Source: Pedosphaera sp. (GTDB lineage: Bacteria; Verrucomicrobiota; Verrucomicrobiia; Limisphaerales; SIBH01). From it: DNA of 64,000 nucleotides. Under the pieces are notes generated by a model that searched no databases, was not told where the DNA came from, and saw only the letters and a program-made list of their open reading frames with translations. Shown piece after piece: positions 39,135 through 48,248 of the stretch. The stretch covers positions 1 to 64,000 of the forward strand of contig JANOQV010000159.1 of the NCBI GenBank assembly GCA_031414955.1, read 5' to 3'. The position numbers and the translations under genes were made by a program. Every line of letters starts with the position of its first letter. Position 1 is the first letter of the stretch.

Positions 39135-39147
39135 GGGACGGAACAGT
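39115..39147 (+). repeat. right direct repeat (ggttgag)3-ggacggaacagt
   Basis: Contains the stop codon of the HTH gene. Confidence 0.8.
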
Positions 39148-39375
39148 AGAGCCAATCAGCACATTCAGCGCGACATCTTGAGTCTACACAAGTCAGCCGA
39201 GGGCTGGTTTTAGAGAACATTCCCACCCCTTAAACCTTTGGCTCGATGGGGAGGTGGCCAGCCTCGCGCTGCGAGGCGAGTGGGTTCGGAACGGCGCTCG
39301 CAGCGCGAGCATTTCCACAAGGTCAACGCATCGGCGCGACTGGTGTAGATACTAAGGAAGCGCTGAATCATTCGA

Positions 39376-39449
39376 CACCGCAGAGACTGGAAGAGCGCAG
39401 AGATTTGATTCTGAAGGCGTTTCTCTGCGGACTCCCAGTCTCGGCGGTG
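39376..39449. repeat. REP-like palindrome (caccgcagag family)
   Basis: caccgcagagactggaagagcgcagaga ... tctctgcggactcccagtctcggcggtg. Confidence 0.65.
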
Positions 39450-39671
39450 CTTAATCAGCGTTTCCCTAACTCCGAAGTCGAACCTCAGCGAGGCCAGTGG
39501 CATGGCCCCGGCGCGCGAGTTTTCAACACGCAGCATGTGGTCGGGGCGGAGGTCGCAGGAACTATTTCGATCCTCGGCGTGAGCGGCTTGCTGCGGGTTG
39601 AAAACCCGCGCTCCGATGATGGGCGCTCAGGCCCATGACCAACCAGGCTGCTCCTGCCTCGGAGTTCGGTT

Positions 39672-40748
39672 TTAAGGCCGTGGCAGATGGGCCTTGGCCG
39701 GTTGGAGCAGATACACGGTCTGCTTCGAGCGTTGCCAGGCACGGATGATCTGCTCGCGCGGGAATATCTTTCGCACCCGGTTTTCCCCTTTCGGATTCGG
39801 CCACGGATCATTCACCACCACTTCGCCGCGCTCCGTGAAACCCGCCACGACAATCAGGTGGCCGTTGTTCTGATCCGCTTCTTTGCCGTTGAGCAAATCG
39901 AACGACACCGAGAGCGCCACCGGAATCCCCGCCACGATCCAATCCTCGACGCGGCGGAAATCATCACAGCGCGCGGCCCAGGCGCGCATCCCGTCGAACC
40001 CGCCCGCGTAGGCCATGTTGAACGCCCAGTTCCCCGTGCCGCCATACGTCACGTCGTGCACCTGCCGCGCCGCTTCCGGCACCGGCACATCGAGTTCCGT
40101 GCGGTGCAACTGGGCCGACCAGTAGCCGAGCAACATCGAGAGCGCGGTCGGGCTGCACCAACCGCTGCCGCCTGGGTGCCCGAGTTGTGAACGCTCCGGC
40201 ACGGCCAGCACTTGGCCCCAAGCGGCGCGGTTCGGCGCCTCGGGGCGGGCGGGAAGGGTTGAGTTCAAGAAGGACAAGGCGAGCAGCTTCAATCGAGGGG
40301 TCGCTCCATTCGTGCTCCGCAGCGTCAGGCGCACCTGCGCCGCGTTCATCAGGCGCCGGACCAGCAACGTGTCCGTGTCCACGGCGGCATCCGCATCTTG
40401 CTCGGGGCGGACACTCGTCCGCCCGGCCCCCGGCTCGGCCGACCAGTGCGCGAGGGTGTAAAAACGCGTGGCGCGCTCGTGGTCAAAGGCGCGCGCCTCC
40501 ACGGTCAGCGTTGTTCCCGGCGGGCCACTCGCGTTCCAGGACACGATCAGTTCGTTCCACGGGAACACTTCCACGCGTGGCGAGAGCAGCACCACTTCCG
40601 GGCCGGACGCCGTGCGGGCAAAGCTCTCGAAGTGATCGAAGGTGTGCAATTGCGTGCGCGCCGGGGTGGGCTTGGGCGTGGCGCAGCTCATCAGGAACAG
40701 GCCCGCCAATCCGGCGAGCGTCAAGGATTTGAAAATGGATCCATGCAC
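39672..40748 (-). CDS. C39-like cysteine peptidase lipoprotein
   Basis: Lipobox FLMSC; WCSPTALSM, GHLIVVAGF, VVNDP catalytic set; start codon uncertain. Confidence 0.85.
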   Translation of the reverse strand: MHGSIFKSLTLAGLAGLFLMSCATPKPTPARTQLHTFDHFESFARTASGPEVVLLSPRVEVFPWNELIVSWNASGPPGTTLTVEARAFDHERATRFYTLAHWSAEPGAGRTSVRPEQDADAAVDTDTLLVRRLMNAAQVRLTLRSTNGATPRLKLLALSFLNSTLPARPEAPNRAAWGQVLAVPERSQLGHPGGSGWCSPTALSMLLGYWSAQLHRTELDVPVPEAARQVHDVTYGGTGNWAFNMAYAGGFDGMRAWAARCDDFRRVEDWIVAGIPVALSVSFDLLNGKEADQNNGHLIVVAGFTERGEVVVNDPWPNPKGENRVRKIFPREQIIRAWQRSKQTVYLLQPAKAHLPRP

Positions 40749-40804
40749 GGCGGTGGAGCGTAGCCCCGAACACGAGGTTTGGGAACGGGGCAGAATCAAG
40801 GGCG

Positions 40805-40892
40805 CAGGGCAGGCCCTCGCCTCGCAGCGCGAGGCTTGCCACCCCGGCGTCGTCCCGCCGCTCGTCAACGGTGGACGGATGCACCCAGCCGC
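40805..40892. repeat. ~88-bp dispersed repeat, copy B
   Basis: Near-identical to 38227-38314. Confidence 0.8.
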
Positions 40893-41006
40893 CCCTGCTT
40901 CCGGCCGGTCGCCGTCCACCGCCCGCCCGCGCGCTCGTGGAGAACTGGCGCACAACTTTTTCAACGGCGGCTTTACAGCCTGCGGCACGCTGCCTAATCT
41001 GCGCGC

Positions 41007-41675
41007 ATGGCGACTGGATATGATGCCTCGGAGTTTGTGGATCGCGAGTTTGAAGCCGCGCAGAATTCGTTCCGCGGCACAACCGCCCTGACTGCTATGC
41101 CTGACGATGTGAGCCGCGCCCCGTCGCGCGAGGAAGTGGACACCAAGGTCGGCGACGTCCATGCGAAACTCGCCGAGTTGAAACGCGCCCAGTCCGAACT
41201 GGAGCGCGAGCGCGCTTCGCTCGAGGAAACACGCCGCCGCCAGACCGAGTTCACCACCGGTCGCCAGGAGATGATCCACGGCCTGACCCGCGGCATCGGG
41301 CTGATCGAGGAAGCGGAGTTCGCCGCGCGCCGGGACGCCGAGCAGATGGCGCGCACGCTGGGCGAACTGCGCGAGTCGCTGCACAAGGTGCAGTCCATCA
41401 ACGACCAGGCCTGGACCAAGGACGATTTTCAAATCGAGCTGACCCGGGCCAACACGGTCGTTGAAAACGCGCGCCTCGAATGGCATGGCGCGCAGATCAA
41501 GTGGCCGCTGCTCTCGCCGGAGAACTTGAAAAGGGCCGAAGCCAAGGAAGCGCCGAAGGCCACCACCCTGCTCGCCGAACGCAGCTTCCTGGAACTCTGC
41601 CGGTTCGGTTTCGCCCTCACCTGGCCCATCGCGCTCGGGCTGCTCGCCCTGATTGTGATCCAACTGATTCGTTAG
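41007..41675 (+). CDS. coiled-coil protein with C-terminal TM anchor
   Basis: Heptad-rich E/R/L/A sequence; C-terminal hydrophobic helix; host-like codons. Confidence 0.75.
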   Translation: MATGYDASEFVDREFEAAQNSFRGTTALTAMPDDVSRAPSREEVDTKVGDVHAKLAELKRAQSELERERASLEETRRRQTEFTTGRQEMIHGLTRGIGLIEEAEFAARRDAEQMARTLGELRESLHKVQSINDQAWTKDDFQIELTRANTVVENARLEWHGAQIKWPLLSPENLKRAEAKEAPKATTLLAERSFLELCRFGFALTWPIALGLLALIVIQLIR

Positions 41676-41684
41676 TTCGCCGCC

Positions 41685-42191
41685 ATGGGATTTTCCCGAA
41701 AGAAGCGTGATCCCATTACCGAAAAGGCGCAGGCGCTGAACGAGCAGATCGCGTCGCTGGAAGCCCAGATCAAAGAACTGTCCACCGCCACCGAAGCTCC
41801 GACGCCGCGTTTCCGTTCCTCGGCCGTGCCGCGCAATTACGCGGGGCCGATGGAGAAGTCGCACCGTGAACCCCAGCCGAGCGAGCACTTCGAGGAAGTC
41901 GATCATACGCCGCTCCAGTCCGCGGAGCCGAGGGTCAAGAGCGACCACTTCAACGACATGGGGGTGCGCAAATACGATCTGCTCGCGGCCTGGCAGCGTT
42001 TCAAGGATCACTTCAAGCCGCCGCCGGCTTCGAACCCCAAGCTGGTCAGCTACCTCGCCGCCGGCAGCATTCAGGGTCTGCGCCCGATGCGCTACGAGAA
42101 GCGCGTGGCGCGCAATCGTTTCGTGCTGCTGGTCATGGTGCTGCTCCTGATGCTGTGGGGAATTCTCGCCGTCGTCTTCCGCCACTCGTGA
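41685..42191 (+). CDS. hypothetical protein, N-terminal coiled coil and C-terminal TM
   Basis: KLVSYLAAGSIQGLRPMRYEKRVARNR followed by a TM; operonic spacing. Confidence 0.75.
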   Translation: MGFSRKKRDPITEKAQALNEQIASLEAQIKELSTATEAPTPRFRSSAVPRNYAGPMEKSHREPQPSEHFEEVDHTPLQSAEPRVKSDHFNDMGVRKYDLLAAWQRFKDHFKPPPASNPKLVSYLAAGSIQGLRPMRYEKRVARNRFVLLVMVLLLMLWGILAVVFRHS

Positions 42192-42823
42192 GCAATTCAT
42201 CGGCTCCGCGCCCGATCCGCGCTCCACTCGTCGCCAAGTCGAAACCTTCTGGTTCCCGGATTGAAATCTGCATTCTCGCCGGCGGACTCAGCACGCGCAT
42301 GGGCCGGGACAAAGCCCGGCTGCGACTCCAGGGGCGCACGATGTTGTCCATCGTGCGCGCCGTCGCGGAGGAAACCGGGCATCGCGGGCGCGTCATCCGG
42401 CGCGACGTGGTGCCGCGCTGCGGTCCGCTCGGCGGCATCCTCACCGGATTGCGGAGCACGAAAGCGGACGCGGTGTTGTTCCTGGCCTGCGACATGCCGC
42501 TCATCACCGCGGCGCTGCTGGGCAAAATAATCCGCGCCAGCGGCGCGGCTTCCAAGGCCGTGTTCAGTTCGCAAGCCGGCGGCGTCGGTTTTCCGCTGCT
42601 GTTGCCGGGGAAGGCCATCCAGGCAGTGCAGGCTCAAATCAGCGCCGGGCGCTTCTCCCTTCAGCAATTCGCCGCGATCCTGCGCGCCCGAAAACTTCGG
42701 GCCGGCGCCCGCACCTTGCTCAACGTGAACACGCCCGAAGAAGCGCGGCTCGCTTCCCGCGCGCTTCCTGAACCTTTGCCGCGGGCGAGTGGAGCGGCGC
42801 GGCCGATGGGGCGTCGCGATTGA
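42188..42823 (+). CDS. mobA: molybdenum cofactor guanylyltransferase
   Basis: ILAGGLSTRMGRDKA, GPLGGI, LACDMP, NVNTPEE; GTGA overlap with the upstream gene. Confidence 0.85.
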   Translation: MSNSSAPRPIRAPLVAKSKPSGSRIEICILAGGLSTRMGRDKARLRLQGRTMLSIVRAVAEETGHRGRVIRRDVVPRCGPLGGILTGLRSTKADAVLFLACDMPLITAALLGKIIRASGAASKAVFSSQAGGVGFPLLLPGKAIQAVQAQISAGRFSLQQFAAILRARKLRAGARTLLNVNTPEEARLASRALPEPLPRASGAARPMGRRD

Positions 42824-42859
42824 ATTTACCTGTTACATTGAAGTCATAAAGCCTGTCTC

Positions 42860-44614
42860 ATGCGAAGAATGAATGCGAAAGCATCGGCATCCACGCGGTC
42901 TGGGCGCAGCGGTTTGCGCCTGTGCCAGGCGGTGGCGCTTTGCGGCGTGGCCGTCCTCACCGGCTGCACGGCGGCGCAACACCGGCGCGGGGCGGACCGC
43001 GAGTCGTACAAAATCATCCAGCAGAAGGAGCAGGCCGTCCTCGGTCACACCAACGCCTTCCGCATCGACACCCCCTATTCCTCGCGCAAGCCGGATGACA
43101 TCAAGTCGCCGGAAATCGTCGCCGACCGGATGCGCGAGGCGAAGCTGACGCTGACCCTGGCGGACTCCCTCCGGCTCGCGATCACGAACAGCCGGAACTA
43201 CCAGCTTCGCAAGGAGCAGCTTTACCTGAGCGCGCTGACGCTGACGCGGGAGCGGTTCGAGTACGTGCCGCAGTTCTTTGCCGGCTCGACGGTGACGGGC
43301 GAACGGGCTTCCGATGGCACGCGGTCGGTGGGCGTCAAGAGCCAGGCCGGACTGGATTTGCTGCTCAAGACCGGCGGGCGGGTCAGCCTCGACCTGGCCA
43401 ATGACCTTCTCCGCTTCTACACCGGCGGGCGCAGCGATTCGTCCTTCTCGACCATCGGCCTGAGCCTGGCGCAGCCGTTGCTCCGCGGCGCGGGGGCGAA
43501 GATTGCGGCGGAGAACCTGACGCAGGCCGAGCGGAACGTGATCTACGAGATTCGCAGCTTCGGTTATTTCCAGGACACGTTCGCCTTCGACATCCTCTCC
43601 ACCTACCTGCGGCTGGTGCAGCAGCAGGATACGGTCAGGAATCAATACAACAATTTTCAGAGCCGAGTGACGCTGCGGGAACGCTCGGTCGCGCTGGCCG
43701 TGGACCGGCTCGCCCCATTCCAGGCCGACTTGGCGACGCAGGAGGAGCTGAGCGCGCGCAACAGCTACATCCTCGCCGTCGAGCGCTATCGCAACACGCT
43801 CGACCAGTTCAAGATCACGCTCGGCCTGCCGGTCGGCTTCGACGTGCGGCTCGATGACGGCGTGTTGAAGGATTTAGAGATGGTCGGCCTGATGCCGGTG
43901 CCGTTGGGCGACGAACAGTCCATTCAACTCGCGCTGGTGAAGCGCCCGGACTTGTTCAACGAAATCGACACTTTCGAGGACAGCAAACGGAAGATCGAGG
44001 TGGCTGCGGACAAGCTGAAGGGCGACCTGCTGCTTTTCGGCGACGCCTCGCTCCGCTCCGAGGGCAACCACGACTACGCCAAGTTCGACATCAACAACTA
44101 CCGCGTGAACGGCGGCGTGCAGCTGGACCTCCCCATCAACCGCAAGCTGGAGCGCAACAGTTATCGTTCCTCGCTCATCTCGTTCGAGCGCCAGTTGCGC
44201 ACCCTGTCGCTCTTCCTCGACGACTTGAAGAATGACCTGCGCTCGGACCTGCGCTCGCTCGACCAGTCGCGCCAGAGCTACGACATCCAGGTGCGCGCCA
44301 AGGCCCTGGCCGACCGGCGCGTGGAGAACAGCGAGCTTTCGCTCCAGGCCGGCCGCATCCAGGTGCGCGACGTGGTGGATGCGCAGACCTCGCGCGTGCA
44401 GGCCTACAACGCCGCCACCGCCGCGCTGGTCGATTATCACCTCGCGCGGATGCGCCTGCTCCTCGACCTTGGCGTGTTGAAGACGTCGAAGGAAGGGTTC
44501 TGGCTCGACGCCGGCGACTTGCCGAAAACACAAGCCGCTGTAACTCCGGCCGCGCCGGACGTGTCCAATCAGTTGATTACGCCGGAACAGCTTTTCCAGA
44601 ATGACAAAAAGTAA
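42860..44614 (+). CDS. TolC family outer membrane lipoprotein
   Basis: Lipobox LTGC; LTLADSLRLAI, LSLAQPLLRG, LDLPINR; heads an efflux operon. Confidence 0.85.
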   Translation: MRRMNAKASASTRSGRSGLRLCQAVALCGVAVLTGCTAAQHRRGADRESYKIIQQKEQAVLGHTNAFRIDTPYSSRKPDDIKSPEIVADRMREAKLTLTLADSLRLAITNSRNYQLRKEQLYLSALTLTRERFEYVPQFFAGSTVTGERASDGTRSVGVKSQAGLDLLLKTGGRVSLDLANDLLRFYTGGRSDSSFSTIGLSLAQPLLRGAGAKIAAENLTQAERNVIYEIRSFGYFQDTFAFDILSTYLRLVQQQDTVRNQYNNFQSRVTLRERSVALAVDRLAPFQADLATQEELSARNSYILAVERYRNTLDQFKITLGLPVGFDVRLDDGVLKDLEMVGLMPVPLGDEQSIQLALVKRPDLFNEIDTFEDSKRKIEVAADKLKGDLLLFGDASLRSEGNHDYAKFDINNYRVNGGVQLDLPINRKLERNSYRSSLISFERQLRTLSLFLDDLKNDLRSDLRSLDQSRQSYDIQVRAKALADRRVENSELSLQAGRIQVRDVVDAQTSRVQAYNAATAALVDYHLARMRLLLDLGVLKTSKEGFWLDAGDLPKTQAAVTPAAPDVSNQLITPEQLFQNDKK

Positions 44615-46172
44615 CAACGGTTCAGGGAACCAGCGCACGCGCCGGCTCGGCCTCATCGCCGGCGCGGCGGTGCTGGCGGTGCTCGCCGCCGGGATTGGCA
44701 TCCGAAAGTGGGCCGCGCCCAAGGGCGAGGAGCGCCAGTTCTTCAAGGTCAAGCGCGGCGACATGCTCATCTCCATCGTCGAGGGCGGCGCGCTGCGCGC
44801 GGTCCGGGAGTCGATCATCCGCAGCGAGTTCGAGGGCATTTCGCGCATCATCAGCATCGTGCCCGAAGGCACGTACGCGAAGGAGGGGCAGTTGCTGGTC
44901 GAACTCGATTCGTCCGAGCTGAAGGACCGCGTGAACCTCCAGGAGGTCACCTACCAGAACAACGACTTCGCGTTCATCCAGGCCAAGGAGAACCTCAGCA
45001 TCCAGCGCAGCCTGGTCGAGAGCCAGATCAAGGAGGCCGAGCTGCGCGTCGAGTTCGCCCGCTCCGACTTCGAGAAATACATCGAGGGCGACGCGCCGCA
45101 GCAGATCAACACCGCCACCAACGCCATCATCATCCGCAAGGAGCAGCTCCAGCGCGCCAAGGACAAGCTCGACTGGACGCAGCAGCTCTTCAAAAAGGGC
45201 TACGCCTCGAAGTCCGAGCAGGAGGCGGACGGCCTAAGCGCGACGCAGGCGAAGATTGCCGTCGATCAGGCTGAGGAGGATTTGCGGCTCTTCCACAAAT
45301 ACGACATGCCCAAGAGCAAGCGCCGGCTGGAGTCCTCGCTGGACCAGTCGAAGCTCGAACTCCAGCGCCTGCGCCAGCGCACCTCGAACCAGGTCGCGCA
45401 GGCCGAGGCCAACCTTCGCACCAGCCAGCGCGCGCTCGAGTTGACGCTTGATAAGCTCAAGGAGCTCAAGCAGCAGTTGGAGAACTCGAAGATCAAGGCT
45501 CCGCAGGACGGCCTGGTCGTTTATGCGTCGAGCAGTTTCGGCGACCGCGGCCAGATGCTCATCGAGGAGGGCGCGCAGATTCGCCAGCGGCAGGAAATCA
45601 TCAAGCTGCCCGACGTGTCGCAGATGATTGTTGAAATCCGCGTCCACGAATCGCATGTGCTGCAAATTCATCCCGGCCAGGAAGCCTTCGTGACCATCGA
45701 CTCCATGCCCGACCGGCGCTTCAAGTCCAAGGTCACCAAGGTCGCCGTGCTGCCGAATTCGCAGGACCGCTGGATGAACCCGAACCTCAAGGTCTATTCC
45801 ACCGACGTGCTCATCGAGGAGCAGTTGCCGGACTTGAAGCCGGGCGCGTCGGCGCGCGCGGAAATCACCATCACAAACCTCGTCAACGCGCTCACCGTGC
45901 CGCTGCAATCAGTCACCACGGTCAAGGGCCGCCAGGTCTGCTACGTGCAAAGCGGCGGCGACCTCACGCCCGTGCCTGTCACGGTCGGGAACTTTAACGA
46001 CCAGTTCATCGAAATCCGCTCCGGCCTCAACGAGGGCGATCAGGTCGCGCTCACACCGCCGGCACCTGGCGGCGATGACACCGGCTCCGCCAGCCCGGCG
46101 GTTTCGGCCGTGGAGACACGTCCCAAGTCCGCCGCCGCCGAGAAACCCGGCCCCAGCCCGAAGCGCCTATGA
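44601..46172 (+). CDS. membrane fusion protein (MacA/HlyD-like) 1
   Basis: VPEG..KEGQLLVELDS, IKAPQDGLVVY, LKPGASA, SGLNEGD.V. Confidence 0.9.
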   Translation: MTKSNNGSGNQRTRRLGLIAGAAVLAVLAAGIGIRKWAAPKGEERQFFKVKRGDMLISIVEGGALRAVRESIIRSEFEGISRIISIVPEGTYAKEGQLLVELDSSELKDRVNLQEVTYQNNDFAFIQAKENLSIQRSLVESQIKEAELRVEFARSDFEKYIEGDAPQQINTATNAIIIRKEQLQRAKDKLDWTQQLFKKGYASKSEQEADGLSATQAKIAVDQAEEDLRLFHKYDMPKSKRRLESSLDQSKLELQRLRQRTSNQVAQAEANLRTSQRALELTLDKLKELKQQLENSKIKAPQDGLVVYASSSFGDRGQMLIEEGAQIRQRQEIIKLPDVSQMIVEIRVHESHVLQIHPGQEAFVTIDSMPDRRFKSKVTKVAVLPNSQDRWMNPNLKVYSTDVLIEEQLPDLKPGASARAEITITNLVNALTVPLQSVTTVKGRQVCYVQSGGDLTPVPVTVGNFNDQFIEIRSGLNEGDQVALTPPAPGGDDTGSASPAVSAVETRPKSAAAEKPGPSPKRL

Positions 46173-48235
46173 ACCCGCGCCGCCCGCGCCACCGGGGATC
46201 AGGATGGAAGTGGGCCGCGCTCGCCGTGGTCCTGCTGGCCGGATTCTTCCTCGCGCGCGGCTCGTTCCGACGGCTGCACAAGACCTTTCCGTCCAACGCA
46301 TTTTACCAGGTCAAGCGCGCGGACATGCTTATTTCCATCACCGAGGAAGGGGCGTTGCGTGCGTTGAACGAGACGGTGATTCGCAGCGGTCTCGACGGCT
46401 ACAACCGCATCATCCAACTGGCGCCCGAAGGCTCATACGTGCAGAAGGGCGACCTGCTGGTCGAGCTCGACAGTTCCGGCGTGAAGGAGAAGTTGAACGA
46501 GCAGGAGTTGCTCCAGCAACAGTCGCTCTTCTTCGTGCAGCAGGCGCAGGGCAACGTGGCCATCCAGAAGCTGATGGCCGAAAGCCAGATCAAGGACGCA
46601 GAGGTGGCGGTCGAGGACGCCTTGTCGGACTTGGAAAAATACCGCGACGGGGACGCGCCGCTGCTGATCAAGACCATCGAGGCCCGCAGCGCCGTGCTGG
46701 CCGAGCAGGTGCGCATCGCCGGCGAGCGTTCCGTGCGCACCGAGCAGTTGTTCAAGTCCGGCAACGCCACGCGCTCCGACCTTGAGGCCGACGCCCTGAG
46801 CCTGAAGCGCGAGCAACTGGGCATCGCGCAGTATCAGGAGGATTTGCGCCTGATCAAAAAATACGACCGCCCGAATCAGATCCGCCTGCTGCAATCGAAG
46901 GTCGAGCAGGCGCGCGCCGAACTGGTCCGCATCAAGCAGCGGACCTCGAACGAGATTGCCCAGGCCGAGGCGGACTTGAAGACGAGCCAGGGCGCGCTCG
47001 ATTTCGTCGAGGAGGGGTTGGAGCAGCAACAGCGGCGGCTCGCGAACACGAAAATCTTTGCGCCGCAGAATGGCCTCGTGGTCTATGCGTCGGTCAGTCC
47101 CTTTCAGTCCGGCGGCGGCGACGACGAACGGCGGCGCATGGAGGGACGGTCCCGCTCCGGGGGCGGGCGCAGCGGCGGCGGGGAATTTCGCGGCGGCGGC
47201 GGGCGCGGCAGTCGCGGCAGCTCCGACGGCGGCTCGGGTAATTCATCGGGGAACAGTTCGCGCGGCGGCTCTTCCACTTCCGCCGCGGATGCCATCGCAA
47301 CGGGAAACCAGCGCATCGCCAACGCGCAAAGCGGATCAGTGGCCGCGGAGGGTGCCGGTGCCGCCGTGGCGGGTGGCGGCGGACGCTCAGGTGGCGATGC
47401 GAGCGGCGGCGGCTCGGGAGGTCAGGGCGTGAGCAGTGCGGCTTCAGCGTTTGTCTCCTACCCGACGTTGCGGCCGAGTTCCCGCTTCGGCGCGGCCACG
47501 GCGACCAACTCCTCTCCGGCCAGCACGGCGGGTGCGGCGGATTCCACGACCGCCGCCGCCAGCAGCAGCACACCGACCACGGCGAACCAGTTTGGATCTC
47601 GCTCCAGCAGTTCCCGCAATTCTGACTGGAGCGACCTGCCGTTCACGCCCGGGATGCTGGAGGAAGGCATCATGGTCCGCCAGCGCCAGGAACTCATCCG
47701 CCTGCCCGACGTGTCCAAGATGCTCGCGGAAGTCAAAATCGAGGAGGCGCGCATCAGCCAGGTGCGCGCGGGCATGACGGCCTACCTCGCGGTGCAGAAC
47801 CTTCCGGGCCGCCGCTTCCAGGGCACGGTGCGGCATGTGGGCCTGCTGCCGGACGCGCAATCAAGCTGGCTGAACCCGGACAAGAAGCTCTTTGCCACGG
47901 ACGTGCTGGTGGACGAGCAACTGCCCATCCTCAAACCCGGCGTGACCGCGAACATCGAAATCGTCATCACCAACCTGACCAAAGTCCTGAGTGTGCCGAT
48001 CCAGACCGTGGCGCGGCAGAACGGCCAGCGCGTCTGCCTGGTGAAGCGCGGCGCGCGCGTCACACCTGTGCCCGTCACCACCGGCTGGTTCAACGACATC
48101 TTCATCGAGATCACTTCCGGATTGAAGGAAGGCGACCTCGTGCTGCTGGCGCCCGACACGGACGAAGAGGACGAGGAAGGCGCGTCGAACAAGGTCAATG
48201 CGGCGGCGAGTCAGCCACGTCGTGAACAAAACTGA
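46169..48235 (+). CDS. membrane fusion protein 2 with long Gly/Ser-rich insertion
   Basis: Paralogue of MFP1; low-complexity insert between VVYAS and EEG..VRQRQE. Confidence 0.88.
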   Translation: MNPRRPRHRGSGWKWAALAVVLLAGFFLARGSFRRLHKTFPSNAFYQVKRADMLISITEEGALRALNETVIRSGLDGYNRIIQLAPEGSYVQKGDLLVELDSSGVKEKLNEQELLQQQSLFFVQQAQGNVAIQKLMAESQIKDAEVAVEDALSDLEKYRDGDAPLLIKTIEARSAVLAEQVRIAGERSVRTEQLFKSGNATRSDLEADALSLKREQLGIAQYQEDLRLIKKYDRPNQIRLLQSKVEQARAELVRIKQRTSNEIAQAEADLKTSQGALDFVEEGLEQQQRRLANTKIFAPQNGLVVYASVSPFQSGGGDDERRRMEGRSRSGGGRSGGGEFRGGGGRGSRGSSDGGSGNSSGNSSRGGSSTSAADAIATGNQRIANAQSGSVAAEGAGAAVAGGGGRSGGDASGGGSGGQGVSSAASAFVSYPTLRPSSRFGAATATNSSPASTAGAADSTTAAASSSTPTTANQFGSRSSSSRNSDWSDLPFTPGMLEEGIMVRQRQELIRLPDVSKMLAEVKIEEARISQVRAGMTAYLAVQNLPGRRFQGTVRHVGLLPDAQSSWLNPDKKLFATDVLVDEQLPILKPGVTANIEIVITNLTKVLSVPIQTVARQNGQRVCLVKRGARVTPVPVTTGWFNDIFIEITSGLKEGDLVLLAPDTDEEDEEGASNKVNAAASQPRREQN

Positions 48236-48248
48236 ATCTCAGGCCCGC

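Noticed and set aside
33636..39620. Short repeats as a possible CRISPR array
   Set aside because: No regularly spaced identical repeats with unique spacers and no cas genes
40749..42227. N-terminal extension of the 851-aa minus-strand ORF
   Set aside because: Overlaps two good + strand genes and a repeat; the peptidase begins at its lipoprotein signal near 40748
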